This document shows positions 9,026 to 17,575 of a DNA stretch of 64,000 bases, piece after piece. The position numbers were made by a program, and so were the translations under genes. The notes under the pieces are model-generated. The model did no database searches and was not told where the DNA came from. It saw only the letters and a program-made list of their open reading frames with translations. This stretch comes from an uncultured Gammaproteobacteria bacterium (GTDB lineage: Bacteria > Patescibacteriota > Microgenomatia > Levybacterales > UBA12049). The stretch is from NCBI GenBank assembly GCA_965230895.1, contig OZ246394.1, positions 249,316 to 313,315 of the forward strand, written 5' to 3'. Within the stretch, counting starts at the first letter, position 1, and every line of letters begins with the position of its first letter.

Positions 9026-9319
9026 TTAAGGCAGACTTTTTACTATTTGCCAAAGGATAAATACTGATGCAAAAGCAAGTCCAATCTGGATGAGGAGTGT
9101 GATACGGTTTATTCTTGTTGCTTTATTCGGTAATACTAGAAAATCTTTATATGTTAATTGAGGACCTTTTTTTCTATTTTGAAAAAGAGTTTTAGGGAAT
9201 CTCCCTCCATATCCCTTGAAAAATTTGTATAGCAAAAATAATCCCTGGTAAGTATTCCATATTCCAATTCCGTATGAAACCACAAGAAATGGAGCATATG
9301 GAGAAGATAAGTCAGGCAT
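9026..9319 (-). CDS. hypothetical membrane protein (97 aa)
   Basis: Two predicted TM helices; AT-rich locus of uncertain integrity. Confidence 0.35.
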   Translation of the reverse strand: MPDLSSPYAPFLVVSYGIGIWNTYQGLFLLYKFFKGYGGRFPKTLFQNRKKGPQLTYKDFLVLPNKATRINRITLLIQIGLAFASVFILWQIVKSLP

Positions 9320-9344
9320 GGAAGAATTATATCAAATATAATTA

Positions 9345-9373
9345 GGGGATTCTGAAACAAGTTCAGAATGACA
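9345..9373 (-). repeat. 29-nt hairpin repeat, copy 1 (minus orientation: tgtcaTTCTGAACTTGTTTCAGAAtcccc)
   Basis: 8-bp stem attctgaa/ttcagaat with loop cttgt. One of four copies with covarying stem positions (see findings). Lies 50 nt downstream of the minus-strand gene ending at 9426. Confidence 0.8.
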
Positions 9374-9425
9374 GTTCTAGAGATTGCCGCGTCGCTTTGC
9401 TCCTCGCAATGACGGTAAGTTGATA

Positions 9426-9689
9426 CTATCCCTTCAGCAGCTTTTCCAGCATGGTGGTGAATATTTGATTTGCTTCTTCTCTTGAAAAATTCTTCCCGTT
9501 GATTGAATCATTGGCCATAGAGTTCAGTTCTTCTATGACTTCCGCTAGGTGTTTATCCTTTATTATTTTATTCTTGGATTGCTCAGTGATGCCGATCATT
9601 GTGACTGAACTGAACGTTCTTTTGCCTTCGATGTATTCAAGGATTGATTCTAAAAGTCTGGTTTTTAGTTGCTGCTCTCGGTCATTCAT
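9426..9689 (-). CDS. hypothetical protein (87 aa), translationally coupled to the upstream XRE regulator
   Basis: Start overlaps the XRE stop (ATGA). Confidence 0.5.
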   Translation of the reverse strand: MNDREQQLKTRLLESILEYIEGKRTFSSVTMIGITEQSKNKIIKDKHLAEVIEELNSMANDSINGKNFSREEANQIFTTMLEKLLKG

Positions 9690-9889
9690 ATAAGTTCATT
9701 TACTTTCACTCTCAGTTGCTTGGCAATCTTCTGGAGCAGTTCAAGTGAAGGTTGCTTTCTTCCCTGCTCGATATGGCCCATATGCGTTCTGCTGATATTT
9801 AAATATTCTGCAAACTTCTCTTGCGTTATGCCAGAGGACTTCCTAAGCTTCTGAACGTTTTTCCCTAATTGCTTATATGTCTTACTCAT
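9686..9889 (-). CDS. XRE-family helix-turn-helix transcriptional regulator
   Basis: 67 aa. LRKSSGITQEKFAEYLNISRTHMGHIEQGRKQPSLELLQKIAKQL is a classic Cro/C1-type HTH. Confidence 0.8.
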   Translation of the reverse strand: MSKTYKQLGKNVQKLRKSSGITQEKFAEYLNISRTHMGHIEQGRKQPSLELLQKIAKQLRVKVNELI

Positions 9890-9993
9890 ATAATAATTAT
9901 CAATAGCTACCTACTATCAATCTACAAGCTGTAAGCTAGCATTTAGCTTCAGCCCGAATTCGCTCCAAACTCTATCTAAATTATAGTAACCTT

Positions 9994-10016
9994 AAACTCT
10001 ATTTTAAATAGAGTTT
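9994..10016. promoter_or_regulatory. near-perfect palindrome aaaCTCTATTT-t-AAATAGAGttt in the divergent XRE / hydrolase intergenic region (operator candidate)
   Basis: 8-bp arms ctctattt/aaatagag around a single centre base, about 105 nt upstream of the XRE start codon. Confidence 0.4.
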
Positions 10017-10103
10017 TTGAAGAAAGCAACTGAAGTGATGACGATTAAGAAGATTAAATAAATAAGTTTGACAAGCCAATCTGATCCGTGATTTACTGGA
10101 TGT

Positions 10104-11369
10104 ATGTTTAGTTTTCTTGAGAAGTTATTTAGTGCGTATCTAGCTTTTGCATTAAGTTTCATTCCTTTTGGAGGGTCACATAATCCTCCCTCTCCTACAC
10201 CCACTCCAACCCCTACAATTACATCTGCGCCAACAGTGACTTCAGTCCCAACCCTTACACTAACCCCATCTCCAACTGCTACTATGACTCCTATGCCATC
10301 ACTTACACCGACCAAAACCCCAACACCAACTATGAAGCCAACAGCTACACCTACTACATCTCCGACTGCGACATTAACACCGATGCCAAGTCCTACTGCT
10401 ACGCCCACACCGACGAAGACCCCGACTCCTACAATGACAATTTCGCCGACAGCTTCTCCGTCACCAAGTTTGACTATCACCCCGACAGCTTCTCCAAGTC
10501 CAACCATTACTGTTACTCCAACTGCCAGTCCAACTCCGACACTGACGCCAACGCCGACAGCATCAGCAACTCCCACACCGTCTCCGACTGTGACACCAAC
10601 TCCAACGCAAATCCCAACGCCGACAATCACTCGAATTGGGATTGATGTCTCATATCCACAATGTGGACGGACACTTCCATCAGGCCAAGGATTTGGGATA
10701 GTCGGAGTGAATGGAGGAATTGCATCGACCACCAATCCATGCCTTTCGACACAACTTCTTTGGGCGAAGACATCTGTCGGTACCCCGAATCAATCGCCAA
10801 TCCAACTCTATGTAAATACTGGAAATCCTGGAGGTTTGAACACTCCAACCTGGCCAAGAAATAACATTGATCCAAATGGAAATCCTACGCCAAATCCTTA
10901 TGGAACTTGTGATGGATCAGATTCTCTTGCTTGTGCGTGGCAATACGGTTGGAATCGGGCGTTAGAAGATGTTATTAGTCGGTTCACCCCGGCTGCGCAA
11001 GCTGCAGGTATTTCTACTGAACCATCGGTCTATCCTTGGTGGTTGGATGTCGAGACTGCAAACAGTTGGAAATATGGATCAGATTTTGCTTTCCAGAGTA
11101 ATCGGGCAATGCTTGAGGGAATGGTAACCTATTTTAAAGCGCGAGGAGTGAACATCGGAGTTTATTCAACGAATTATCAATGGACATTGATTATGGGAAC
11201 AGTTCCTTCAAGTAGTAATTTAGTAGGTCTTCGCAATTGGAGAGCTGGGGCTACTGATCTTGCGCAAGCGCAATCATATTGTGGGTTGGCTCCGTTGACT
11301 GCTGGATCAAGTGTCATCATGACGCAATTTGTTTTGGATAATCTTGACCACAATTACTCCTGTATTTAA
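10104..11369 (+). CDS. secreted protein with Thr/Pro-rich linker and C-terminal glycoside-hydrolase-like (GH25 / Rv2525c-DUF1906-like) domain
   Basis: N-terminal hydrophobic signal/anchor, about 150 aa of (S/T)PTPT repeats, then GIDVSYPQCG...WW...VYSTNYQW resembling lysozyme-like TIM-barrel hydrolases. TTGACA at 10068. Family assignment is tentative. Confidence 0.5.
   Translation: MFSFLEKLFSAYLAFALSFIPFGGSHNPPSPTPTPTPTITSAPTVTSVPTLTLTPSPTATMTPMPSLTPTKTPTPTMKPTATPTTSPTATLTPMPSPTATPTPTKTPTPTMTISPTASPSPSLTITPTASPSPTITVTPTASPTPTLTPTPTASATPTPSPTVTPTPTQIPTPTITRIGIDVSYPQCGRTLPSGQGFGIVGVNGGIASTTNPCLSTQLLWAKTSVGTPNQSPIQLYVNTGNPGGLNTPTWPRNNIDPNGNPTPNPYGTCDGSDSLACAWQYGWNRALEDVISRFTPAAQAAGISTEPSVYPWWLDVETANSWKYGSDFAFQSNRAMLEGMVTYFKARGVNIGVYSTNYQWTLIMGTVPSSSNLVGLRNWRAGATDLAQAQSYCGLAPLTAGSSVIMTQFVLDNLDHNYSCI
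10190..10630 (+). repeat. low-complexity PT/TP-repeat coding tract
   Basis: Repeated ccNacNccNac codons; generates a long GV-rich shadow ORF on the opposite strand. Confidence 0.8.
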
Positions 11370-11876
11370 TATTCAGGATCGTCTCGTTCCGTCCAGTGGT
11401 ATGGTGGTTGCGAAGCTCGTAGTTCCTGCATATATGCGCCAATTGTTTTATACCGTTGCTCAACTTTAATGCTTGGTTCTTTCTGACGCTTGTCATCAGC
11501 ACTGTATACTTCATGAATTTCAACGCCAGCTGTTTTTAATTCTTCGTATGTTCGTTCCCCTTCTCCACCAACAAAATTTACAAAGCCACTGTGGATTCCG
11601 GTAGGCTGTCCAACTTTTGTAAAAGGATCGTTTGTCGCAATGACTTCTCCCTGTGTTACATCATCCGTAACTTCGGTAACTCTTATTGTTGTTACACGAT
11701 ATTCAACTGGTGGATCAACAGTATAATTACTCACCCTAACCCATGACGTGTCTGGAGTTAATGATATTCCCATGCTCGCACCATTTGGTTTGGCATGAGC
11801 TGAAACAGCTGTTGCGACATCGTTTGGCCGTAAACCTAATTCTTTACTTGTTCCCATTGAGCGGAAGTATACCATG
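11366..11876 (-). CDS. hypothetical protein (170 aa from the SD-supported start; ORF track gives a longer 203-aa version)
   Basis: GGAGGA SD just upstream of ATG at rc 11876. The longer ORF would run through the terminator hairpin at 11893-11912. Confidence 0.5.
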
Positions 11877-11892
11877 ATCCTCCATAATAAAA

Positions 11893-11920
11893 AAGCCCAC
11901 CTTTGGGTGAGCTTTTTGTT
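11893..11920. terminator. bidirectional-looking terminator hairpin (agcccacc-tttg-ggtgagct) with T-runs on both strands
   Basis: On the minus strand it follows the VOC gene stop (11941): agctcaccc-aaa-ggtgggct followed by UUUUUUAUUAU. Confidence 0.6.
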
Positions 11921-11940
11921 TTTCATTTTTTGAATAAAGC

Positions 11941-12351
11941 TTATTCGGCTTTCTTTCCTGCGATGTTTACCATCCATTCGATGCCGAACTTATCAGTCAG
12001 CATACCAAATGTATCTCCCCATGGAGCTTTGTCCAAAGGTGCCGTGATGTTTGCACCTTCTGAAAGTTTTTCCCAATAACCTTTGAGCTCTGTTTCATCT
12101 TCTGCTCCTCCACTGAGTGAGATATTTCCAATCTTTCCTGGCGTAGCTACCATGTGACTTGGTGTATCAGAACCCATAATGGTAAAACCTTTATCGGTTA
12201 TCAATTCTGAATGCATGAGGCCTTCCTCATCAGGCATACCTGATTCTTTGAAAGTGCTCATGGTTAAATTACCGCCAAAGACTGTTTTGTAAAATTCCAT
12301 TGCCTCCTGAGCGCCGCTTTTGAAGTTAAGATATGGATTTAATTTTGTCAT
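11941..12351 (-). CDS. VOC/glyoxalase-superfamily protein (PhnB-like)
   Basis: 136 aa. NPYLNFKSGAQEAMEFYKTVFGG matches the PhnB/3-demethylubiquinone-methyltransferase-like family start (YLxFxGNAxEAxxFY). Confidence 0.7.
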   Translation of the reverse strand: MTKLNPYLNFKSGAQEAMEFYKTVFGGNLTMSTFKESGMPDEEGLMHSELITDKGFTIMGSDTPSHMVATPGKIGNISLSGGAEDETELKGYWEKLSEGANITAPLDKAPWGDTFGMLTDKFGIEWMVNIAGKKAE

Positions 12352-12426
12352 ATGAAACTCACCTCCTTTCGTTTATGCAAAAAGTATAGCAGAGGAAAGT
12401 TATGAGATTCGTAATAAGATTATTTT

Positions 12427-12455
12427 TGTCATCCCGAACTTGTTTCGGGATCCCC
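12427..12455 (+). repeat. 29-nt hairpin repeat, copy 2 (tgtcATCCCGAACTTGTTTCGGGATcccc)
   Basis: Stem atcccgaa/ttcgggat; same loop and flanks as the other copies. Confidence 0.8.
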
Positions 12456-12639
12456 AATTAAACTTTATTCTTTTCTGTTCTTTGACCGCAAAGAACCAAA
12501 CTCTTCAGCAGGCAGTGCTCGCTAAAAATCTTTTCTTATTCACTAAAAGACTTTCGTCTTTCTTCACGTTCATTCGTCGGATTTTTTTAACGCTGCGCGC
12601 TGATTGCTGAACTGTCGGAGATCTTTATAGAAGTTTTTG
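12456..12639 (-). ncRNA. conserved non-coding element A, homologous to 58049-58285; immediately 3' of a minus-strand gene
   Basis: Shares ordered blocks with element B (ttgttctttgaccgcaa, accaaaSctct, cgYtaaaaatc, tttttaacgct...). Contains ctttg-accg-caaag hairpin. No ORF. Strand inferred only from position after gene stops. Confidence 0.35.
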
Positions 12640-12885
12640 CTATTGGCCGACTCGGGGATTTGTGGCAAGGATGAAGTCAATAACTTCTGAAGCAAATGTT
12701 CCTACAATTGGGACAAGGTTTACGTTCTTTGCAATGATACCTAATATATAAAAGAAAACAGCCAAACCGACTGTTGCACCCACAGCCCATGCTACTCCAC
12801 CGATAAAGTTGTTCATGATGATTTCATACCAATGAAGCCGAGTGCTGGAGCGTTCATATGGTTGCATTGGTTTGGGTTTTGCCAT
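12640..12885 (-). CDS. small membrane protein (81 aa, 2 TM)
   Basis: Hydrophobic segments FIGGVAWAVGATVGLAVFFYILGII and VPIVGTFASEVIDFILA. Confidence 0.5.
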   Translation of the reverse strand: MAKPKPMQPYERSSTRLHWYEIIMNNFIGGVAWAVGATVGLAVFFYILGIIAKNVNLVPIVGTFASEVIDFILATNPRVGQ

Positions 12886-12920
12886 GCTTTTAGTATGCAG
12901 ATTATTGTTTGGACTGTCAA

Positions 12921-13544
12921 CTAAAGCCCAAGGTCTTTGTGGATCCCTTGCATTGCTTTTAATGTGATACTGACAAATTCATCCAAAGGGATATCAAGTT
13001 TACTTTCGCAAAGTTTAATTGCTTCTCGATCTGCTCCTGCGGCAAATGCCTTTTGTCCAAACTTTTTCAGCACAGCATCTTCTGTCACTGAAGCCAATGT
13101 CTTTTCTGGTCGTACTAATGCACATGCTGTAATCAATCCTGTCAATTGATCACATGCTGTTATTGCCCAATCCATCGGTTTGTGTGGCATAACGTTTGTT
13201 TCATGATAATTGTGTGACATGATTGCGTAGGCGATATCGTCCGGAAGCTCGATTTCATTATTACTAAAAAGCAAAATACCATGTTTGTTGAGCTGATTTG
13301 TTTCTTGGGCCAATTCATAGTCAATATCGTGTAAAAGGCCTGTGATTCCCCATATTTCTTCGGTTTCAGGGTTTTGCATCTCTTCGATCGTAAGATGCCT
13401 GTAGAGCGCTCTCATCGTCGCCTCGGTGGCAAGAGAATGCTTGATAAGGTTCTTACTCTTCATGTATTTTTGCAGTAATGCAAATGCTTCGTCTCTGTGC
13501 ATATTTTTATTATACTCCTTTCTTGCTACGTTCAAAAATGACAT
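12921..13544 (-). CDS. HD-domain phosphohydrolase
   Basis: H...HD signature (HSLATEATMRAL...GLLHDIDYE) and a downstream His (AIMSHNYH). The start may instead be the internal Met at rc 13502. Confidence 0.6.
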   Translation of the reverse strand: MSFLNVARKEYNKNMHRDEAFALLQKYMKSKNLIKHSLATEATMRALYRHLTIEEMQNPETEEIWGITGLLHDIDYELAQETNQLNKHGILLFSNNEIELPDDIAYAIMSHNYHETNVMPHKPMDWAITACDQLTGLITACALVRPEKTLASVTEDAVLKKFGQKAFAAGADREAIKLCESKLDIPLDEFVSITLKAMQGIHKDLGL

Positions 13545-14346
13545 ATGCTAATGCATTTACTCCTGCCTGGGGTTCCATGCGCATTTTTGTGAATCCGATG
13601 ACTTCTCTCAGTTTTTGCTGGGCAAATGTTTCATTCTCAGCTCTTTCTTGAAGAACTTGTTGGAAAAGTACCATCTCTTCGAGCTTTCCTTCGCTGAGTC
13701 TTTTCCATCTAGCTTCAAACTCTTCATCCGCTAATTCGTCACTTCTCAATGGACTATTTCCCACTGCCAGTTGATCCATAACTTTTATTGTTGGAACCTC
13801 AAGATTCGGATCATCCATATGCGCTTCAATAATAGCTTCAAAATATGGTCTTTTATCTTCGGCATCAGGATAACGGTCTTTTCCATTATTTTTATGACTT
13901 AATGCTACAATTCCGCGTGAAATATCAGGTTGGGTTCTTCTTGCAATCTCTTCCTGAGTATCAGGAGTATTTTCATACAAATCATGTCCCAAAGCTGTTG
14001 TAAATGTTTCCAGCGATAAAGTTCTCCAGCCGATTGCATGTGCTGTCAGTATACCTACTTGGAGTGCATGATTAATCTCATCTTCATCCGTAAACTTCCG
14101 CGTATCTCCTTCATATTTGGTTCCTAAATCACGCACGAATCCACGTATTAATCCTGAAGGAATATGCGGTGCTGCCTCTGCAATACTAAAAACCCGTTCT
14201 CGGAGAATATTTGTATCTCGAGTCTGTAATGTGCCTATTGCTGCTGGCCAAAATGGTTTATCTAAGCGTAGTCGTTCTTTTTTCCTTCTTTGCGTAAGAC
14301 TTTCTTCTGTGGAAATTGGTGGACGACTTTCGGGGGATTTTAACAT
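13510..14346 (-). CDS. HD-domain protein resembling the RelA/SpoT-type (p)ppGpp-hydrolase fold
   Basis: INHALQVGILTAHAIGW...ALGHDLYENT...EEIARRT...YFEAIIEA...KVMDQLAVGNS parallels HPLxVA...LLHDxxEDT...KLADRLHNM. The start was moved to the second Met because the first 16 codons overlap tRNA-Val. Confidence 0.45.
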   Translation of the reverse strand: MLKSPESRPPISTEESLTQRRKKERLRLDKPFWPAAIGTLQTRDTNILRERVFSIAEAAPHIPSGLIRGFVRDLGTKYEGDTRKFTDEDEINHALQVGILTAHAIGWRTLSLETFTTALGHDLYENTPDTQEEIARRTQPDISRGIVALSHKNNGKDRYPDAEDKRPYFEAIIEAHMDDPNLEVPTIKVMDQLAVGNSPLRSDELADEEFEARWKRLSEGKLEEMVLFQQVLQERAENETFAQQKLREVIGFTKMRMEPQAGVNALAYVIFERSKKGV

Positions 14347-14350
14347 AAAG

Positions 14351-14427
14351 GGTGGGCCCAAGAGAATTCGAATCTCTGACCTTTGCAATGTCAATGCAAC
14401 GCTCTAACCAACTGAGCTATGAGCCCG
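14351..14427 (-). tRNA. tRNA-Val (anticodon GAC)
   Basis: Cloverleaf readable: acceptor GGGCTCA/TGGGCCC, D-arm GCTCAGTTGGTTAGAGC, anticodon stem TTGCA/TGCAA with loop TTGACAT, T-loop TTCGAAT, discriminator A, CC encoded. Confidence 0.85.
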
Positions 14428-14488
14428 TATAAACTAATGTTTAATGTAGAAATTATAACACATTAATGAGCCTGTGATGATTGAAATC

Positions 14489-15667
14489 TTATTTTATAGA
14501 CATGAGGAACTTTTTAAGTATTTGATAGTAATCAGCTAAAGCTTGGATATCGACCCATTCATCACTATTATGTTGTCCATGACCTGTTGGTCCAAATTCT
14601 ACAGCGTCACAACCAACGTTTGAGAAAAATGTCGTATCTGATCCGCCGTGTGTCTTTTCAATTGGTAATTCTCTGCCCAAAACATCTGATCCGACTTCTT
14701 TCAATGTCTGCATGTAGCCACTATTTGGATCTGAGAAATGTGCATTGCGCATCTGACTTATTTCAAATTCTACGTCTTCAGGCAACATAGCTTTTATATC
14801 TTTCAAGATCGTATCTCGATCTTTCTTGTTAAATCGAATATCAAAAACAGCTGAGCAATGATCCGGTACTCTATTCCATGTCGGATTTGTCGTATGAATC
14901 TTTGAAACCGTGACTGTTGTCCCATCGGTTTCATCTGTCGGATGCGGGAAATGCTCTTGGATCTTTCTCAAAACTTCATACATCTTAAGGATCGCATTTT
15001 GTCCTTTCCAAGGATATGCTCCATGAGCTGCAGTTCCATTGACGGTGATGTGTGCAGTGATGATTCCTTTGGTTTCATGGATGATTCTAAAATTACTGCC
15101 ACATTCTCCCATGATCGCAAATTCCGTCCGGACACCATTTTGCAATTGATAATCTGTCCCATCTCCACCCGCAATTTCTTCTTCAGTTACGAGTTGTAAT
15201 CCCAAAGGATAATCAACTTTATCAGCGAGTTCATTAAACAACAAAATCATAACCGCAGCAGCGCCTTTCATGTCATATGCGCCACGACCGATCAGCTTGC
15301 CATCTTTCACTTCAGGGATATACTGCTCAGGAGATCCTGCAACCACATCCAAGTGAGCATTTAAAATGATTTTGAAGTTGTTTGTATTTTGATTTCGATA
15401 CAGAAGGCTTGGATACGAGTTTGAAACATATGGTGTAAATTCATGGTCGGATAATTGCTGCTTTGCAAGTTCAAGGACTTTGACTGCATTTTCTATATCT
15501 CCGGTTACTGATGGAACAACGATAAGTTGTTTTGCTAATGATACGATATCATCAGTTGGGGCTTCTTTTGTTGTTTGAGCAAGACTTTGAGATTCTCCTA
15601 CAGGAGTATACTCTTCTTCATCAAAAGACGTTGTATCTAAATTTTGATTATCGGTTATCTTTTTCAT
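14489..15667 (-). CDS. M20-family metallopeptidase / deacylase (ArgE/DapE-like)
   Basis: About 392 aa from MKKITDNQ. AHLDVV, GRGAYDMKG and EEEIAGG match the metal-binding motifs of M20 dimetallo-hydrolases. Confidence 0.75.
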   Translation of the reverse strand: MKKITDNQNLDTTSFDEEEYTPVGESQSLAQTTKEAPTDDIVSLAKQLIVVPSVTGDIENAVKVLELAKQQLSDHEFTPYVSNSYPSLLYRNQNTNNFKIILNAHLDVVAGSPEQYIPEVKDGKLIGRGAYDMKGAAAVMILLFNELADKVDYPLGLQLVTEEEIAGGDGTDYQLQNGVRTEFAIMGECGSNFRIIHETKGIITAHITVNGTAAHGAYPWKGQNAILKMYEVLRKIQEHFPHPTDETDGTTVTVSKIHTTNPTWNRVPDHCSAVFDIRFNKKDRDTILKDIKAMLPEDVEFEISQMRNAHFSDPNSGYMQTLKEVGSDVLGRELPIEKTHGGSDTTFFSNVGCDAVEFGPTGHGQHNSDEWVDIQALADYYQILKKFLMSIK

Positions 15668-15682
15668 AATTAAAAATAAAAA

Positions 15683-15714
15683 ACCCGCTTCTGAGAGCGG
15701 GTGCAAAACGTATC
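15683..15714 (-). terminator. terminator hairpin acccgct-ctcaga-agcgggt + UUUUUAUUUUU directly abutting the M20 start codon
   Basis: Near-identical to the hairpin at 17432-17450. A second small hairpin ccgcgt-cag-acgcgg at 15739-15753 precedes it on the transcript. Confidence 0.6.
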
Positions 15715-15816
15715 ACATAAGCCACCCGCCGCGTCAGACGCGGTTGATAAGGACAAACATGATTTGGCATTTCTTTACCATAAACTCATTATACTCCCCT
15801 CATCAAACGTGTCAAG

Positions 15817-17418
15817 TTACGCTGCTTCTTTTAAATCTTCAAAAATCGCATGCAATTCACCTTTGCGTATTGCTGCGTTTCCAGTCATGATTACACCTAT
15901 TGTTGCTAACTCGCCTTTTTTTGGAGCTTCTAATGGCCGAGTTCGTAATACTACCAGACCATCATCCCTTGAATCCTTCGTATAAGTCTCGAGTAATTCT
16001 TCAGTTAATTCGTCGACATTGACACCATTTGGCAGTGCATATTGATCTTCAGCTCTCAAACCGCCATCAAGAACAGTCCGCATATTTGCGACATTTTGTT
16101 CCATATCCTCCACTAAAAGGACCTCATCAATAGCCTCAATAAGATTTGTTCTTCTCGGATTACTTTCAGCTAGGAAATAGTCTGAAGCGTGATCTAATTG
16201 TCCATATTTACGGAGTTTTGCACGCAGACTTGAATCGATAGAACCATTTGCCAATCCTTCGACAATTCGTCGCTGCACTTCTTGTTCTTGTTCGCCCAAA
16301 ATCATGACGTCTACATTCATCGGTCCTCGAAGATCCAAAGGATCAACACCTTTCTTTTGCGCAAAGGTATGAACAAATTGTTTGCTTGCTTCAGTTACGC
16401 GCCCTTCAAAATCTTCCTGATGGGTTTGGATATACGGATCAGTTGGCTCATATGTAGTTGTTCCGATACATGCCTTTGTTTTCGCATCGAGTATTTGGCC
16501 ATTAAATCCTAATGGTAAGACATCTCCGTCCATAAAAAACATTGAAAGTCCAGGAACGTCCCGAAGATTTAACGATCGTGAGATAACCACATCAGCATTT
16601 TCATCTCCACCTGTACTAGTCTCCATATATGCTTGTGCATCTGCTAATGCATCAGCCCAATTCTCGTATGGTTGATGCTTCTTTTTGTCATCAGTTTCAA
16701 GAACGACTTTGCCATCTTTCTCATGGATATTAAAGCTTCCGAATCCTCCATCAGAGAAACTTAACCTTCCAAATATGCCTTTCTTATAATCTTGCATACC
16801 GATTGCTTCATAGAGCTCGTCTTCAAAGGCTACGAGTTCTTCTGCTTCTGCTGCAACTTCTCCAACTTTCACAACCTCATGATGTGGGACAGCGAAGTCT
16901 GGATCTTGCGCTTCTCGAACTAAATCATGAAATGTCCCTTTATCTTTCAAATCATGAACTACTTCTGAGTGGAGGGCGCTCACTTCGATATCATCACGTT
17001 GTAAACCATTTGTTTCTAAATATTTCGTAAATTTGCCGTTATTTAGATAAGGAGCTATGAGTGCTGTCCCTCCGTCTCTATCAAGTCTTTCTTTCAAAGT
17101 TTCTGCTGTAAAAATAGTAAACCTATTACTATCACCTGAAAGTTCCCCCAAGTATTTCGCTTGCTTTTCCGTGTTCTCTCTGCCTTTAGTAAGTAATCTG
17201 TTTACCGTTGGATTTGATGATCGTGGATCTTCTAAGAGTATTCCTTGTATTCCTCCAACTTGCGGAATATGTCCAAATCGTTGGCTATATTTAGCTTCAA
17301 TACCTGCTGCTTTTACAGCATCGAGCTCCAAAAGGTCACCGACATTATGTCGGCTGAAACCGCCCATAAACTTTTTATGTGGTGCGTATGTAAATTGTGC
17401 TTCTAAATTTCTTGGCAT
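15817..17418 (-). CDS. large conserved hypothetical protein (533 aa)
   Basis: Long acidic protein with no motif I can assign (ATP-grasp/ligase-like possibilities considered and not supported). Confidence 0.5.
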   Translation of the reverse strand: MPRNLEAQFTYAPHKKFMGGFSRHNVGDLLELDAVKAAGIEAKYSQRFGHIPQVGGIQGILLEDPRSSNPTVNRLLTKGRENTEKQAKYLGELSGDSNRFTIFTAETLKERLDRDGGTALIAPYLNNGKFTKYLETNGLQRDDIEVSALHSEVVHDLKDKGTFHDLVREAQDPDFAVPHHEVVKVGEVAAEAEELVAFEDELYEAIGMQDYKKGIFGRLSFSDGGFGSFNIHEKDGKVVLETDDKKKHQPYENWADALADAQAYMETSTGGDENADVVISRSLNLRDVPGLSMFFMDGDVLPLGFNGQILDAKTKACIGTTTYEPTDPYIQTHQEDFEGRVTEASKQFVHTFAQKKGVDPLDLRGPMNVDVMILGEQEQEVQRRIVEGLANGSIDSSLRAKLRKYGQLDHASDYFLAESNPRRTNLIEAIDEVLLVEDMEQNVANMRTVLDGGLRAEDQYALPNGVNVDELTEELLETYTKDSRDDGLVVLRTRPLEAPKKGELATIGVIMTGNAAIRKGELHAIFEDLKEAA

Positions 17419-17431
17419 AAATACAAAAAAA

Positions 17432-17458
17432 CCCGCTTCTTGAGCGGGTATTAGTTTA
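17432..17458 (-). terminator. terminator hairpin acccgct-caagaa-gcgggt + UUUUUUU, 6 nt upstream of the ATG of the 533-aa gene
   Basis: Second copy of the acccgcttctNagNgcgggt hairpin. Confidence 0.6.
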
Positions 17459-17575
17459 AAAACTACGTTAACTCCCGCCCCTAGGGGGTAATAATGAGAG
17501 CAACAATAATGAATGTTGAATGATTCGAAACCATAAATTTATTCTAAAGAAATGTCAGGAAAATGTCAACGAAGA

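Noticed and set aside
10004-10735. 243-aa GV-rich ORF on the minus strand
   Set aside because: It is the antisense shadow of the PT-repeat tract of the 10104-11369 gene and has no independent start or RBS context.
15817-17418. Assigning the 533-aa protein to ATP-grasp/Pup-ligase/glutamine-synthetase-like families
   Set aside because: No diagnostic motif could be matched by eye; left as hypothetical.
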